Source of the DNA: an uncultured Patescibacteria group bacterium
GTDB lineage: Bacteria; Patescibacteriota; Microgenomatia; UBA1400; PJMF01
Assembly: GCA_905478415.1 (NCBI GenBank)
Contig: CAJQIG010000004.1
Coordinates: 75,523-139,522 of the forward strand
Direction: 5' to 3'
DNA: 64,000 nucleotides
Shown: positions 45,101 to 54,671 of the stretch, one piece after another
Numbering within the stretch: position 1 is the stretch's first letter
How the letters are laid out: each line of letters opens with the position of its first letter
Position numbers and translations under genes: made by a program
The notes under the pieces: model-generated
What the model saw: the letters and a program-made list of their open reading frames with translations, nothing else
What the model was told of the DNA's origin: nothing
Database searches by the model: none

Positions 45101-46213
45101 ATGACCAAACGTATTCTCCTTGTCTCTGACACTTATTTGCCAACTATTAGCGGGGTCACTACCGTAGTATCAGAGTATAAAAAAGAACTCGAAGCATTAG
45201 GTCACACAGTTGCGGTCTTAGTCCCAGAGACAAAAGAAGCAGCGGATGAAAAAAATGTCATCACTGTTCCTGGTCTTCAAAGCATTTTACGATCAGACAC
45301 TGTAGTTCCACTTTACTTCATCGGACTAAAAAAAGAAGTGGCTGCTTTTAATCCTGATGTTATTCATATTCATAGCCCGGGCCCATTAGGCCTTTGGGCA
45401 CGTAAGTGGGCAAAGAAAAATGACGTTACAGTAGTCACAACTGTCCATGGTACCCCAGATTTTTCTGCTAGCTATCTTCCCTTTAGCTACCTATACGAAG
45501 ACTTTATTAAAGAAAGTGGTTGGAAGTTTTGGGAATGGTTCTTAGAAACAAGTGAAGTAGTAGTAGCTCCTTCTTATTTTATTGTAGAAAAACTACAAGA
45601 GATTGGCATTAAAAGCACCATAATCAGAGCTCCCTTTTGGATTGAACCGTACCGACTAGAAAAGAATAATAATAAAAAGAATGTCACCAATTTCCTGTTC
45701 TTTGGGCGACTTGATCCTGATAAAAACCTACCATTTTTACTTGAGAGTTGGTCAAAAATGAATGGTCACAGTGCCCACTTAACTATTGCTGGCAGAGACC
45801 TCGAAAATCAAAAAGAAGATTTACAGACATTGGCAAAAACTTTTGGTTGCGAAGCCACTGTCACCGTTTTGGGAAAAGTCAGTGAAAAAAAGAAGCTCAA
45901 CCTTTTCTCACACGCAGACTTTTTCGTCATGCCTTCAAAAGTTGAAGTCCAAAGTATTGTCACCTATCAAGCAGCTCTGTCTGGAATTCCGGTATTGGTG
46001 GCGCGCGCCAGCGCGCTCCCTGAGATTGTAGCTCACTCAACTGCTCCAGATCTTATTTTTGACCCTGATGATCCAACCTCGCTCACCAAACTACTAAAAA
46101 AATGTTGTAAAGAAAAAGCCACCTATACCAAAAACTATTCTCTCTCAGAAGATTTTAAAAAATCTTTTACTAAAGAAAAAATCCTCCACGACCTAGTCGA
46201 AAAGATATACTAA
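45101..46213 (+). CDS. Glycosyltransferase family 4 (GT-B, group 1)
   Basis: N-terminal LVSDTYLPTISGV and C-terminal E-x7-E region with the GT4 pattern. Confidence 0.75.
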   Translation: MTKRILLVSDTYLPTISGVTTVVSEYKKELEALGHTVAVLVPETKEAADEKNVITVPGLQSILRSDTVVPLYFIGLKKEVAAFNPDVIHIHSPGPLGLWARKWAKKNDVTVVTTVHGTPDFSASYLPFSYLYEDFIKESGWKFWEWFLETSEVVVAPSYFIVEKLQEIGIKSTIIRAPFWIEPYRLEKNNNKKNVTNFLFFGRLDPDKNLPFLLESWSKMNGHSAHLTIAGRDLENQKEDLQTLAKTFGCEATVTVLGKVSEKKKLNLFSHADFFVMPSKVEVQSIVTYQAALSGIPVLVARASALPEIVAHSTAPDLIFDPDDPTSLTKLLKKCCKEKATYTKNYSLSEDFKKSFTKEKILHDLVEKIY

Positions 46214-46306
46214 GTTCATATCTCATCACTGTTATGTTATAATATGGGTCGCTTTTGTAGTTATCGCAACTGCAATAAAGCAGTGTTCGTTAACAGTTGT
46301 AAAACT

Positions 46307-46371
46307 GTAGCCAGATTTTTTTGTTTTGCTGTTGCCCAATTGGTGACAGAAGGATAAAAAAATCTGGCTAC
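46307..46371. repeat. Perfect 16-bp inverted repeat GTAGCCAGATTTTTTT / AAAAAAATCTGGCTAC with a 33-nt loop
   Basis: Read directly; lies between the GT4 gene and the downstream GTG-start gene (RBS AAGGAG at 46404). Confidence 0.6.
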
Positions 46372-46418
46372 TGCATACTCTTATTTTGCCAGAAATATTC
46401 TTTTTAAGGAGATAAAAA

Positions 46419-46994
46419 GTGGAAAAAAACACTCCAAAGTGGTTGGTAAAAAGCAGTTTTTTGAGTTTGGGTTTCTTAGCTGGCTACGGCTTAAGTCAAT
46501 TAATTGAAAGAATTCGGCGAGAAAACGCAACAGATTGGCGAAAAGTGGTTGAAGAAGTTGCTGCCAAGACTGGCATGAAAATTTTGGTTAACCCCACACC
46601 CCAAGAACTGGCCCAAGCCACAGGATCGGATGCCCTGTTGGTTGAAACTGGTACCCTAGTAGCAACAAAAATCACCAAAAACAACGAAATTTCAATCTCG
46701 ATCGAGGACAAAGAAGGAACATTCAGGGGAGAACTTGGCATAGGTGTTCGCTCTGATCATCCTGGACAACTCGACTTTTGGATGTTTGATAAAAATGATC
46801 TAGAAACAACGGCTCAGCTCTTTGCATTCGGCATTAAGGCTGAAGAAGATGAAAGTAACACAATCTTTTTCACCCAGGATACAATTATTAAACTCGAAAG
46901 CGCCACCTTAAGAGCCGAACTTCGGCTTGATAATGTCATTTTTGCCGATGATGGTGATCGGGCAACCTACACCATTTCTGTCTGGAAAAAATAA
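46419..46994 (+). CDS. Hypothetical membrane-anchored protein
   Basis: GTG start with AAGGAG RBS; N-terminal TM helix. Confidence 0.45.
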   Translation: MEKNTPKWLVKSSFLSLGFLAGYGLSQLIERIRRENATDWRKVVEEVAAKTGMKILVNPTPQELAQATGSDALLVETGTLVATKITKNNEISISIEDKEGTFRGELGIGVRSDHPGQLDFWMFDKNDLETTAQLFAFGIKAEEDESNTIFFTQDTIIKLESATLRAELRLDNVIFADDGDRATYTISVWKK

Positions 46995-47015
46995 TTAATT
47001 CGTTTTGCAACTAAT

Positions 47016-47044
47016 AAAAAAGGCGCTTTCCAGCGCCTTTTTTC
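47016..47044 (+). terminator. Rho-independent terminator
   Basis: GGCGCT-ttcc-AGCGCC followed by TTTTTT. Confidence 0.7.
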
Positions 47045-47201
47045 ATATCATTTTTAATACTGATATGGTATACTTTCACACTCTTGTGTTCGTTATCGCT
47101 TCGAACAATAAGAACGCACATTATACATGCACCCATCTTTTTGGTCAGATATATGTGTCTCTCTTTTTCAGAGATAGATATATCTGGCTAAATCGATTTA
47201 T

Positions 47202-47387
47202 ATGGCCAGAATATTTCTTACAAAGGAGAAACTCTTGAACAAAAAGAAAAAGTTTTCGCTTTTAGCCGCAATTTTGGCTGCTGCTTCGGCAGCGGGATAC
47301 TGGTTCTACATTCAGAACCAGGAAGAAATTGACGGACAGATAACTGAATATACATTTCGGATCAAAGATTACATTGAATTAATGTAG
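47202..47387 (+). CDS. Small single-TM protein, 61 aa
   Basis: LLAAILAAASAAGYWFYI helix; weak. Confidence 0.3.
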   Translation: MARIFLTKEKLLNKKKKFSLLAAILAAASAAGYWFYIQNQEEIDGQITEYTFRIKDYIELM

Positions 47388-47405
47388 CCCGGCCGTTGCA
47401 TGTTT

Positions 47406-47437
47406 CAAAAAAACCGTGTCATTGACACGGTTTTTTA
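47406..47437. terminator. Bidirectional rho-independent terminator downstream of rpoD
   Basis: AACCGTGTC-attg-ACACGGTT flanked by A- and T-runs. Confidence 0.7.
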
Positions 47438-47457
47438 CTTTTTATTTCAATTAATAA

Positions 47458-48585
47458 CTAATCCAGAAAGTCCTGTAACTTCTTACGTCGACTTGGATGC
47501 TTTAGCTTTCTTAGTGCCTTGGCCTCAATCTGACGGATACGTTCGCGAGTCACACCAAACTGTTTTCCAACTTCTTCCAAAGTCATCATCTTGTTGCCGC
47601 TTAAGCCAAAACGCATCTTCAAAACTTTTGCTTCACGGTCACTCAAAGCTCCAAGTACTTCTTCGACATTTTCACGCAGCATCTGCATACTGGTAGCTTC
47701 GTACGGAGAGACTTGACCATCGTCAGAAATAAAGTCACCTAAGACACTGTCGTCGTCACCATCTCCGACTGGAGACTCAAGTGAAGTCGTGTTTTGAGAA
47801 ATCTTGAGAATTTCACGGACCTTTTCAGGATCCATCTCCATGACTTTACCAATTTCTTCTGGACTAGGTTCTCGACCAAGATCCTGCATGAGACGACGAG
47901 AAGTTCTCATCAGCTTGTTGATGGTCTCAACCATGTGTACTGGAATACGAATAGTTCGAGCTTGATCAGCAATAGAGCGAGTAATAGCTTGGCGAATCCA
48001 CCAGGTGGCATAGGTAGAAAATTTAAAACCTTTAGTCCAGTCAAATTTTTCAACTGCACGAATCAGCCCTTTGTTACCCTCTTGGATAAGATCCAAAAAG
48101 GTCATTCCACGACCAATATATTTTTTTGCAATCGAAACAACTAATCGAAGGTTAGCATCGATCAAACCTTTTTTAGCAATGGGATCGCCAGCTTCAACTT
48201 TTTGAGCCAGTCTAATTTCTTCTTCACGAGTTAAGAGTGGAATACGACCAATTTCTTTTAGGTACATTCTGACAGGATCAGCAACGGTGCGGTCTTTGAG
48301 CGTTGAAAGGGTAGCGAGCTCTTGGGTAAGATCGTCTTCACCTGGCTCCTCTTTCTTTTGAGCTACTGATTCAAAGATATCAGTACCGAGTTTAATCAAA
48401 TTATCGTATAAATCATCGAGAGCCTCGACATGATCTTCTGGTTCGACAAAAGCGGTCAGAATATCATCTTGGGTAATATATCCCTGTTTCTTTGCAAGCT
48501 TAATAAGCTTTTCAATATCTTTTTGGAGAGCTGCGGACATTTTTGACATACGTAAAAAAAGAGAGCTGGAAATTACCAGCGACAC
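47458..48585 (-). CDS. rpoD: RNA polymerase primary sigma factor
   Basis: Regions 1.2-4 present, with [18 protein letters not shown] and [13 protein letters not shown]. Confidence 0.93.
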   Translation of the reverse strand: MSLVISSSLFLRMSKMSAALQKDIEKLIKLAKKQGYITQDDILTAFVEPEDHVEALDDLYDNLIKLGTDIFESVAQKKEEPGEDDLTQELATLSTLKDRTVADPVRMYLKEIGRIPLLTREEEIRLAQKVEAGDPIAKKGLIDANLRLVVSIAKKYIGRGMTFLDLIQEGNKGLIRAVEKFDWTKGFKFSTYATWWIRQAITRSIADQARTIRIPVHMVETINKLMRTSRRLMQDLGREPSPEEIGKVMEMDPEKVREILKISQNTTSLESPVGDGDDDSVLGDFISDDGQVSPYEATSMQMLRENVEEVLGALSDREAKVLKMRFGLSGNKMMTLEEVGKQFGVTRERIRQIEAKALRKLKHPSRRKKLQDFLD

Positions 48586-48830
48586 CTACTACTTTCTGTT
48601 TCTGTATAATTATACACCCATTTGTCAAGGTCGCAACTCTGTATCTGGAAGAGAAACTGCACACTCAGTCACCAAAAACCTATATTTTTTGATTATATGT
48701 TTTCTCATGATATAATTACAATCACTTTGTGGTGTTAACAGCTCAATCTTGAGTTTCTTACCACTGCACTGTTTTTTAAAAACTTCATTCTTATGTCTAG
48801 ATTTTTCAATCTAGAAAGCGAGGAAAAATC

Positions 48831-49151
48831 GTGAGATCTCCTGAAAAAAAAACAAGTAGACTGGGTAAATGGCTCCTAGGCTTGGGAATCGCACTCCCAA
48901 TTTTGGTTGTCGTTTTATGGTTAGTTGGATATGTGGGGATGTACTGGATGGTATCCAGTCTCCTGGTACATTACTTTGGTGCACTCATCCTTAGCGCCAA
49001 ATGCGCAATCTGGTTTGTTTTGTTCTTTGTTTGGGCCTGGTTATACACCGGGCTTATTGCTGGAACAGCGGCTATTTTAGGCATTTCGGCAGGTGGTGCT
49101 TTCACCATCGGTGGATTGTGGGCATCATTCCGGGGTTCCTGGTCGAAGTAA
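48831..49151 (+). CDS. Small hypothetical membrane protein
   Basis: Three hydrophobic helices; GTG start. Confidence 0.4.
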   Translation: MRSPEKKTSRLGKWLLGLGIALPILVVVLWLVGYVGMYWMVSSLLVHYFGALILSAKCAIWFVLFFVWAWLYTGLIAGTAAILGISAGGAFTIGGLWASFRGSWSK

Positions 49152-49165
49152 GTTGAAGTTTTATA

Positions 49166-49196
49166 AAATGCGCAGGCCAAAAACCTGCGCATTTTT
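49166..49196. terminator. Bidirectional rho-independent terminator downstream of gdhA
   Basis: AAAATGCGCAGG-ccaaaaa-CCTGCGCATTTT. Confidence 0.65.
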
Positions 49197-49218
49197 CGTG
49201 TATACTCTTTTTTTTCTT

Positions 49219-50511
49219 TTATACTCGACCACGAAGCAACATTAAATCAACCACACTTTTCACGGCTTTCATATACGTAGCCATGCGCATTGACTGTTTA
49301 GAGGTTTCTTTCACTTTCCAAATTTCGATAAAAGCTCTATCCATAAGCGGTTGCAACTTGGCCAAAACTTCGGCATGAGACCAATAGTACCCATGTAAAT
49401 TTTGAACCCACTCAAAGTATGAAGTCGTAACTCCACCAGCATTTGCCAAAACATCTGGAATCAAAACAATGCCTTTTTTTTCAAGCAGAGCATCAGCTTC
49501 TGGCGTAGTTGGACCATTGGCCATTTCAATAATTGCCGCAGCCTTAATTTTAGGAGCTATCTCAGCCGTTATGACATTCTCAAGTGCGGCTGGTACCAGC
49601 ACAGTGACATCAAGGGCAAGTAGCTCCTCGTTAGTAATAGCTTTTCCCCCACTCAATGTGCCAGTTTTTTGTTTGGTAGCGAGTACTTTTTCAGGATCAA
49701 GTCCTTCAGGGTTGTAGATTGCTCCCTTTGAGTCAGAAAGCGCTACCACAGTGTACCCACGATCAAATGCATGTTTTGCAAACCAGTACCCAACATTTCC
49801 AAAGCCTTGAATAGCAATGCTGACTTTTTTCTTGTCACTCCATTTCATTTTCTCTGCAAGTTTTTCAAGTACATAGATTCCACCCAAACCAGTTGCTTCT
49901 TCTCTACCCTGTGAGCCACCAAGTTCTAACGGTTTCCCCGTAAAAGTAGCTACAGGATTTTCTCCCTGACTTTTATTTGTTTCGAGTTGAAACTGCTCAT
50001 ATTCATCAACCATCCATGCCATAATTTGACCATTGGTATTGACATCAGGAGCAGGCACATCAACCCAAGGACCAATGTACGGAGCTAAAAATCGAGCATA
50101 GGCGCGACTGAGTCTCTGCAACTCACCAGCGCTGAGTATGCGTGGATTTACTATAACTCCACCTTTACCTCCACCATAAGGAATACCAGTAACTGCACAT
50201 TTCCAGGTCATCCAAGTTGATAACGCCATAACTTCGTCACGGCTCACATTTTCATGAAATCGAATGCCTCCTTTGTAAGGACCGCGGGCATTATCGTGTT
50301 GTGAGCGAAAAGCTGTAAATTCACGACTAGACCCATCATCCATCTGGATGGTGAGTGATTCCTCAAAAACTCTATCTGGAGTTTTTAGCTTATCGATAGC
50401 AGTATCAAATCGAGACTGTACTTCATCAGCGTATTCATTTCTCAAGATCTTGGCAACTTGTTCTAACTGTATTACCGCATTTTCATGCGCACTGTGCGTC
50501 TTCATACTCAA
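49219..50511 (-). CDS. gdhA: Glutamate dehydrogenase (Glu/Leu/Phe/Val dehydrogenase family)
   Basis: Catalytic KGGIRF and IPYGGGKGG; NAD(P) Rossmann GFGNVG. Confidence 0.9.
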   Translation of the reverse strand: MSMKTHSAHENAVIQLEQVAKILRNEYADEVQSRFDTAIDKLKTPDRVFEESLTIQMDDGSSREFTAFRSQHDNARGPYKGGIRFHENVSRDEVMALSTWMTWKCAVTGIPYGGGKGGVIVNPRILSAGELQRLSRAYARFLAPYIGPWVDVPAPDVNTNGQIMAWMVDEYEQFQLETNKSQGENPVATFTGKPLELGGSQGREEATGLGGIYVLEKLAEKMKWSDKKKVSIAIQGFGNVGYWFAKHAFDRGYTVVALSDSKGAIYNPEGLDPEKVLATKQKTGTLSGGKAITNEELLALDVTVLVPAALENVITAEIAPKIKAAAIIEMANGPTTPEADALLEKKGIVLIPDVLANAGGVTTSYFEWVQNLHGYYWSHAEVLAKLQPLMDRAFIEIWKVKETSKQSMRMATYMKAVKSVVDLMLLRGRV

Positions 50512-50587
50512 CCTTTCATCTTTTTTTAGGATCTAGAAGCAAAGCTTAGCACCTCCTAAACTACTTCTCATTTTTTTTAATTATTTT

Positions 50588-51655
50588 TTATGAATCTTGT
50601 CGTTCAAGCCATCGCTCAGCGTCAAGTGATGCAGCACAACCTTGTCCCGCTGCAGTAACCGCTTGCTTATACCTCACATCAACATTATCTCCTGCTGCAA
50701 ACACACCTTCGACTGAAGTCATGCTTGGATACTGTACTAATCCATCAGCTAAAGCGGCTTGTGCATGCTGCACACCAACCTCAGTAGCACTTTGGCGAGT
50801 TACTACGTAACCGTGTCCATCTAGTTCTATTTGCTCAGCAAATATTCCTGTTTGAGGACGATGCCCAATAGCAATGAAAACACCTTGAGCCGGTAGTATT
50901 TTTTCTTCACCATTTTCTTTAACTTTAACCTGTTCAACTACTTGAGTTCCAATTATTTCCTCAAGAGTAGTGTTCCACAGTACCGAAATTTTTTCGTGGT
51001 TTAAGACACGCTCCTGCATAATTTTGCTGGCTTTAAAGCTATCACGACGATGAATCACTGTTACGTGACTCGCAAACTTCGCAAGCGCTAACGCATCCTC
51101 CATAGCACTGTCTCCACCGCCTACCACATAGGTTTCTTTCTCTCTAAAGAAGGCAGCATCACAAACAGCACAGTAACTCACTCCTTTGGCTGAGAATTCT
51201 TCCTCTCCTAGAATACCAGGCTTAATTGGTGAAGCTCCGGTCGCAATAATCACGGCATCAGCTATAAATTCTGGCTCACCTGTTTTTATTTTTGCAGAAA
51301 GTTCTTTTTGTTCATCAACCGTTAAGTCTGCTAACTTTTGAGGATCGGTTCCTTCTGGAAGTGTAGTCCAAATTTTAAAGGGACGAGCAGAAAAATCGAC
51401 AGCTGTCACATGAATATCTTGAACAGTTGTGCCAAAGCGTTCTGCTTGCTTACGAAACTGCATCATCATTTTTGGCCCCATAATTCCTTCAGGGAATCCA
51501 GGAAAATTTTCAACGTCTGTTGTAAACATTAGTTGTCCACCTGATTGATACCCAGCAAAAACTGTGGTCTCAAGTTGGGCTCTGCTGGTATAAATAGCAG
51601 CGGTATATCCTGCTGGACCAGAACCAATAATAGCAATCTTTACAGCTTTTGACAC
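50588..51655 (-). CDS. trxB: Thioredoxin reductase
   Basis: FAD-binding GSGPAGYTAA, redox CAVCD, NADPH-binding GGGDSA. Confidence 0.9.
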   Translation of the reverse strand: MSKAVKIAIIGSGPAGYTAAIYTSRAQLETTVFAGYQSGGQLMFTTDVENFPGFPEGIMGPKMMMQFRKQAERFGTTVQDIHVTAVDFSARPFKIWTTLPEGTDPQKLADLTVDEQKELSAKIKTGEPEFIADAVIIATGASPIKPGILGEEEFSAKGVSYCAVCDAAFFREKETYVVGGGDSAMEDALALAKFASHVTVIHRRDSFKASKIMQERVLNHEKISVLWNTTLEEIIGTQVVEQVKVKENGEEKILPAQGVFIAIGHRPQTGIFAEQIELDGHGYVVTRQSATEVGVQHAQAALADGLVQYPSMTSVEGVFAAGDNVDVRYKQAVTAAGQGCAASLDAERWLERQDS

Positions 51656-51694
51656 AACTATCCTTTTCTTTTCAATTTCTATTTAGTACAAAGC

Positions 51695-52039
51695 TTACTC
51701 TTTCAGAGCAGCTTCAATCATATCTACATAGCCCTGCTCACCAGGAAAGCCAACTTTTTGATCAGCAACTTCACCATCTTTAATGACAACAACTGTTGGG
51801 ATACTCATCACACCATAGTTAGCAGCTGTTTGACCATTCTCGTCAACATTAACCTTAACAATGTGAGCTTTGCCTTCGTAGGTACCAGCTAGTTTATCGA
51901 CAATTGGGGCTGCCATTTGACAAGGGCCACACCACTCTGCATAAAAATCAACAAAGACTGGTTGACCTGCTTCTTTTGCTTTATCAATATTTTCCTGGAA
52001 ATCTGCATCGCTCCAGTGGGCTGCTTTTGAATCTGCCAT
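51695..52039 (-). CDS. trxA: Thioredoxin
   Basis: WCGPC active site. Confidence 0.9.
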   Translation of the reverse strand: MADSKAAHWSDADFQENIDKAKEAGQPVFVDFYAEWCGPCQMAAPIVDKLAGTYEGKAHIVKVNVDENGQTAANYGVMSIPTVVVIKDGEVADQKVGFPGEQGYVDMIEAALKE

Positions 52040-52101
52040 AGTTTCTCCTTTTTTATTACTTTCGGTATTTCCTACCTACTACTTTACTACTATAGAACGT
52101 A

Positions 52102-52341
52102 CTATTCATACTTAAAAAGTTCTTTTAAGACAACATCAAGGTCATCGGTTCTTGATTCTCGAGAACACTTACCAGCTTCACCAGTGAGCATATCTCGAGC
52201 GGTACGACCTAAAGAACTGCGAACCGCAATAATTTGACGACAAATGTCGATACACGCACGCTCTTCTTCGTACATCTTAATGACACCATCAATCTGACCA
52301 CGAATTCGTTTAAGCTGAGCTAGTTTGGGATCTATTACCAT
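52102..52341 (-). CDS. CsoR/RcnR/CstR-family (DUF156) metal- or persulfide-sensing repressor
   Basis: LKRIRGQIDGVIKMYEEERACIDICRQIIAV. Two Cys and no His in the sensing positions (CstR-like). Start trimmed to Met13 because the 5' end of the longer ORF is the operator palindrome. Confidence 0.7.
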   Translation of the reverse strand: MVIDPKLAQLKRIRGQIDGVIKMYEEERACIDICRQIIAVRSSLGRTARDMLTGEAGKCSRESRTDDLDVVLKELFKYE

Positions 52342-52352
52342 GCTTTTTAATA

Positions 52353-52369
52353 TACCCCCAGGGGGTATG
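52353..52369. promoter_or_regulatory. Perfect palindrome ATACCCCCaGGGGGTAT; candidate CsoR-family operator upstream of the csoR-like/trxA/trxB operon
   Basis: Read directly; closely resembles the B. subtilis CsoR operator TACCCTACGGGGGTATGGTA. Confidence 0.55.
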
Positions 52370-52385
52370 GGTGTCAAGAGAGAAT

Positions 52386-54167
52386 TTATGCCTGCTTCCG
52401 CAGTAACACAATCTCTTTAAGCAGCTGGTTTTGCTTTTCTTCTTCGACAGAAGTTTTATCTGGCTTGTCGTCGAGTAGGGCTAACTGACGAGTAATTTGG
52501 TTAATTCGCTCGACAATACTGACTTTTTTAAGTTTTTTAAGTGCCGAGTTCCACTCGGTTTCAGAATCTGGATCAACGTTACGCTTTTGGTGTTCTATAT
52601 TTGCTTGCAATTCAAAAATAGTTTGTTTGAGATCTTCTGGCAAGTGTGAAACAAACTGCTTAATATCAACCGAACCTTCAAGGTCGGCCATTGAACGAAT
52701 AATTTGATTTACACCAGGGGTCTCAAAGTTAAACTCACTTATTTCTATAGCTCGATCTAACCATTTCTTTTCGTGAGCTGAGAAAAGAAGGAAAATGCAG
52801 TACTGCTCTTGCACTTCTTTTGGTGAAAGCACTTTGGCAGGTTTTTGTTCCTTTTCTGATTGTTTCACTTTAGCAGGAGTGATTTTTTTATGTTTTTTAT
52901 AGGAATCAACGTCATCTTTGACACTGCTTACTTGTGTTCCCAACTGTGTAGCTACTTTTTTAACATAATGTTCAAGCTCTACGGCGTGACTCACACTCGC
53001 AAGCATGGGAGCCAACTCCTCCATAATTTTTCGCTTTCCCGTTGGGGATTGGGCATCAAACTGGGTAAAGGCTGCAGCAATCAGAAAATCATATGCTGTC
53101 ACACTTTGTTTCGAGATATCTCGCCATACTTTTGGATCTTTTCGAATTAATTCGTCTGGATCTTTACCTTCTGGAACCTGGAGCACACGCAGTTCTACTC
53201 CGGTCGATTTAAGAACTTCGATCGATTTTTTGGTAGCCTTCACACCAGCACTATCACTATCTAGAGCCAAGATAACTGTTTCGGCTACCCGTGCCAGTAA
53301 CTTGGCATGATCCTCAGTAAGAGCCGAGCCTTTAATAGCAACAATATTGTTCACATGGGCCTGCTGCGAAGTAATGACATCGAACTCACCTTCAACCACA
53401 ATCACTTGTTTTTCTTTACGAATATGCTGAAAAAGTTCACTAAAACCAAATAACATCTTACTTTTGTGGTAGAGCAATGTTTCTGGAGAGTTAATATACT
53501 TGGCATCTTTTGCAGTCGAATCCAGTAAGCGCCCCGAGAAACCAACGACGCGACCTCTGATATCTCGTAAAGGAAACATCACCCGACCTCTAAAGCGGTC
53601 ATAGTAACGATTATTTTTCCCTTTAATAACCAGACCTGCCTGTTCTAGCAACAGTAACGAGTATTTTTTCTTATTATGTAAAAACTTGATCAGCCCATCC
53701 CATTCGGGCATCGCATATCCCAACTGAAAAAGAGTAATCGAACTATTCGAAACTTTTCTATCTGCTAAGTAGGCGCGAGCATCTGCACCTGTTTTATGAG
53801 TGGTCAATAAGTAGTGGTAGTATTCTTTGGCTAAATTAAGAACTTCGATAATTTGTTCACGCAAGGCGTCATCACTGGACTTTTTATATGCTTCAAGAGT
53901 AATGTTGGCTTTATCTGCTAAATCTTGGAGAGATTCGGCAAAAGTCATACCTTCGTACTTTTCTAAAAAGGTAAAGACATCACCACTCTCGCCACACCCA
54001 AAGCACTTGTATCGTTGCAATCGTTCATCAACAAAAAAGGAGGGACTTTTCTCTCCATGAAAGGGACAGAGACCTTTAAAATAGGTCCCACTACGCTGCA
54101 AAGTTATTCGGGAACCAATAACCTCAACAATATCGGTGGCATCTTTGACTTCTTGAATTTGAGACAT
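52386..54167 (-). CDS. dnaG: DNA primase
   Basis: Zinc finger CPFHGEKSPSF; TOPRIM EGEFD...DSDSAG. Confidence 0.9.
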   Translation of the reverse strand: MSQIQEVKDATDIVEVIGSRITLQRSGTYFKGLCPFHGEKSPSFFVDERLQRYKCFGCGESGDVFTFLEKYEGMTFAESLQDLADKANITLEAYKKSSDDALREQIIEVLNLAKEYYHYLLTTHKTGADARAYLADRKVSNSSITLFQLGYAMPEWDGLIKFLHNKKKYSLLLLEQAGLVIKGKNNRYYDRFRGRVMFPLRDIRGRVVGFSGRLLDSTAKDAKYINSPETLLYHKSKMLFGFSELFQHIRKEKQVIVVEGEFDVITSQQAHVNNIVAIKGSALTEDHAKLLARVAETVILALDSDSAGVKATKKSIEVLKSTGVELRVLQVPEGKDPDELIRKDPKVWRDISKQSVTAYDFLIAAAFTQFDAQSPTGKRKIMEELAPMLASVSHAVELEHYVKKVATQLGTQVSSVKDDVDSYKKHKKITPAKVKQSEKEQKPAKVLSPKEVQEQYCIFLLFSAHEKKWLDRAIEISEFNFETPGVNQIIRSMADLEGSVDIKQFVSHLPEDLKQTIFELQANIEHQKRNVDPDSETEWNSALKKLKKVSIVERINQITRQLALLDDKPDKTSVEEEKQNQLLKEIVLLRKQA

Positions 54168-54260
54168 GGTGTTACTTCATTCTATACTGTATCAAATCAG
54201 ATCGCTAGCAGTAGCTAGCATTCTTGACCCTCTGTGAGATACTACAGTGAAAGGAATCAT

Positions 54261-54626
54261 ATGAAAACAACAAATACTGATACTCAAAATAATAGCGTGC
54301 CACATCACAGTACTCCTTTTTCGAAGTACTTTAATATTCTCAGTGACATCGATAAAAATAAGCGCTACTCAAAAGAGTATGGCTCAATCTTGATACTCAG
54401 CCTAGTTGAGGAAGTTGGCGAAATGGCTCGCGCCTACTTGGCAGAACATGGACGTAAAAAAAGCAATCTTTCGGCCCAAGCTGATGAAACCTACGAGCAA
54501 GAACTTGGCGACATCCTTTTAGTTATTCTTCGCTTTGCCCGCATTAAACACATTGATCTAGACGAACGGTTAATGTACTCACTTAATAAGATCTTGGCTC
54601 GAAAAGAAAAACCCAAGGGAAGTTAA
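54261..54626 (+). CDS. MazG-like nucleotide pyrophosphohydrolase
   Basis: EEVGEMARA...ELGDILLVIL EExxE/D motifs; start at MKTTN with GAAAGGA RBS. Confidence 0.65.
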   Translation: MKTTNTDTQNNSVPHHSTPFSKYFNILSDIDKNKRYSKEYGSILILSLVEEVGEMARAYLAEHGRKKSNLSAQADETYEQELGDILLVILRFARIKHIDLDERLMYSLNKILARKEKPKGS

Positions 54627-54671
54627 GCCTCCCAGCTGTAAAGAGCTTCGATCTAGTGATACACTGAGAAA

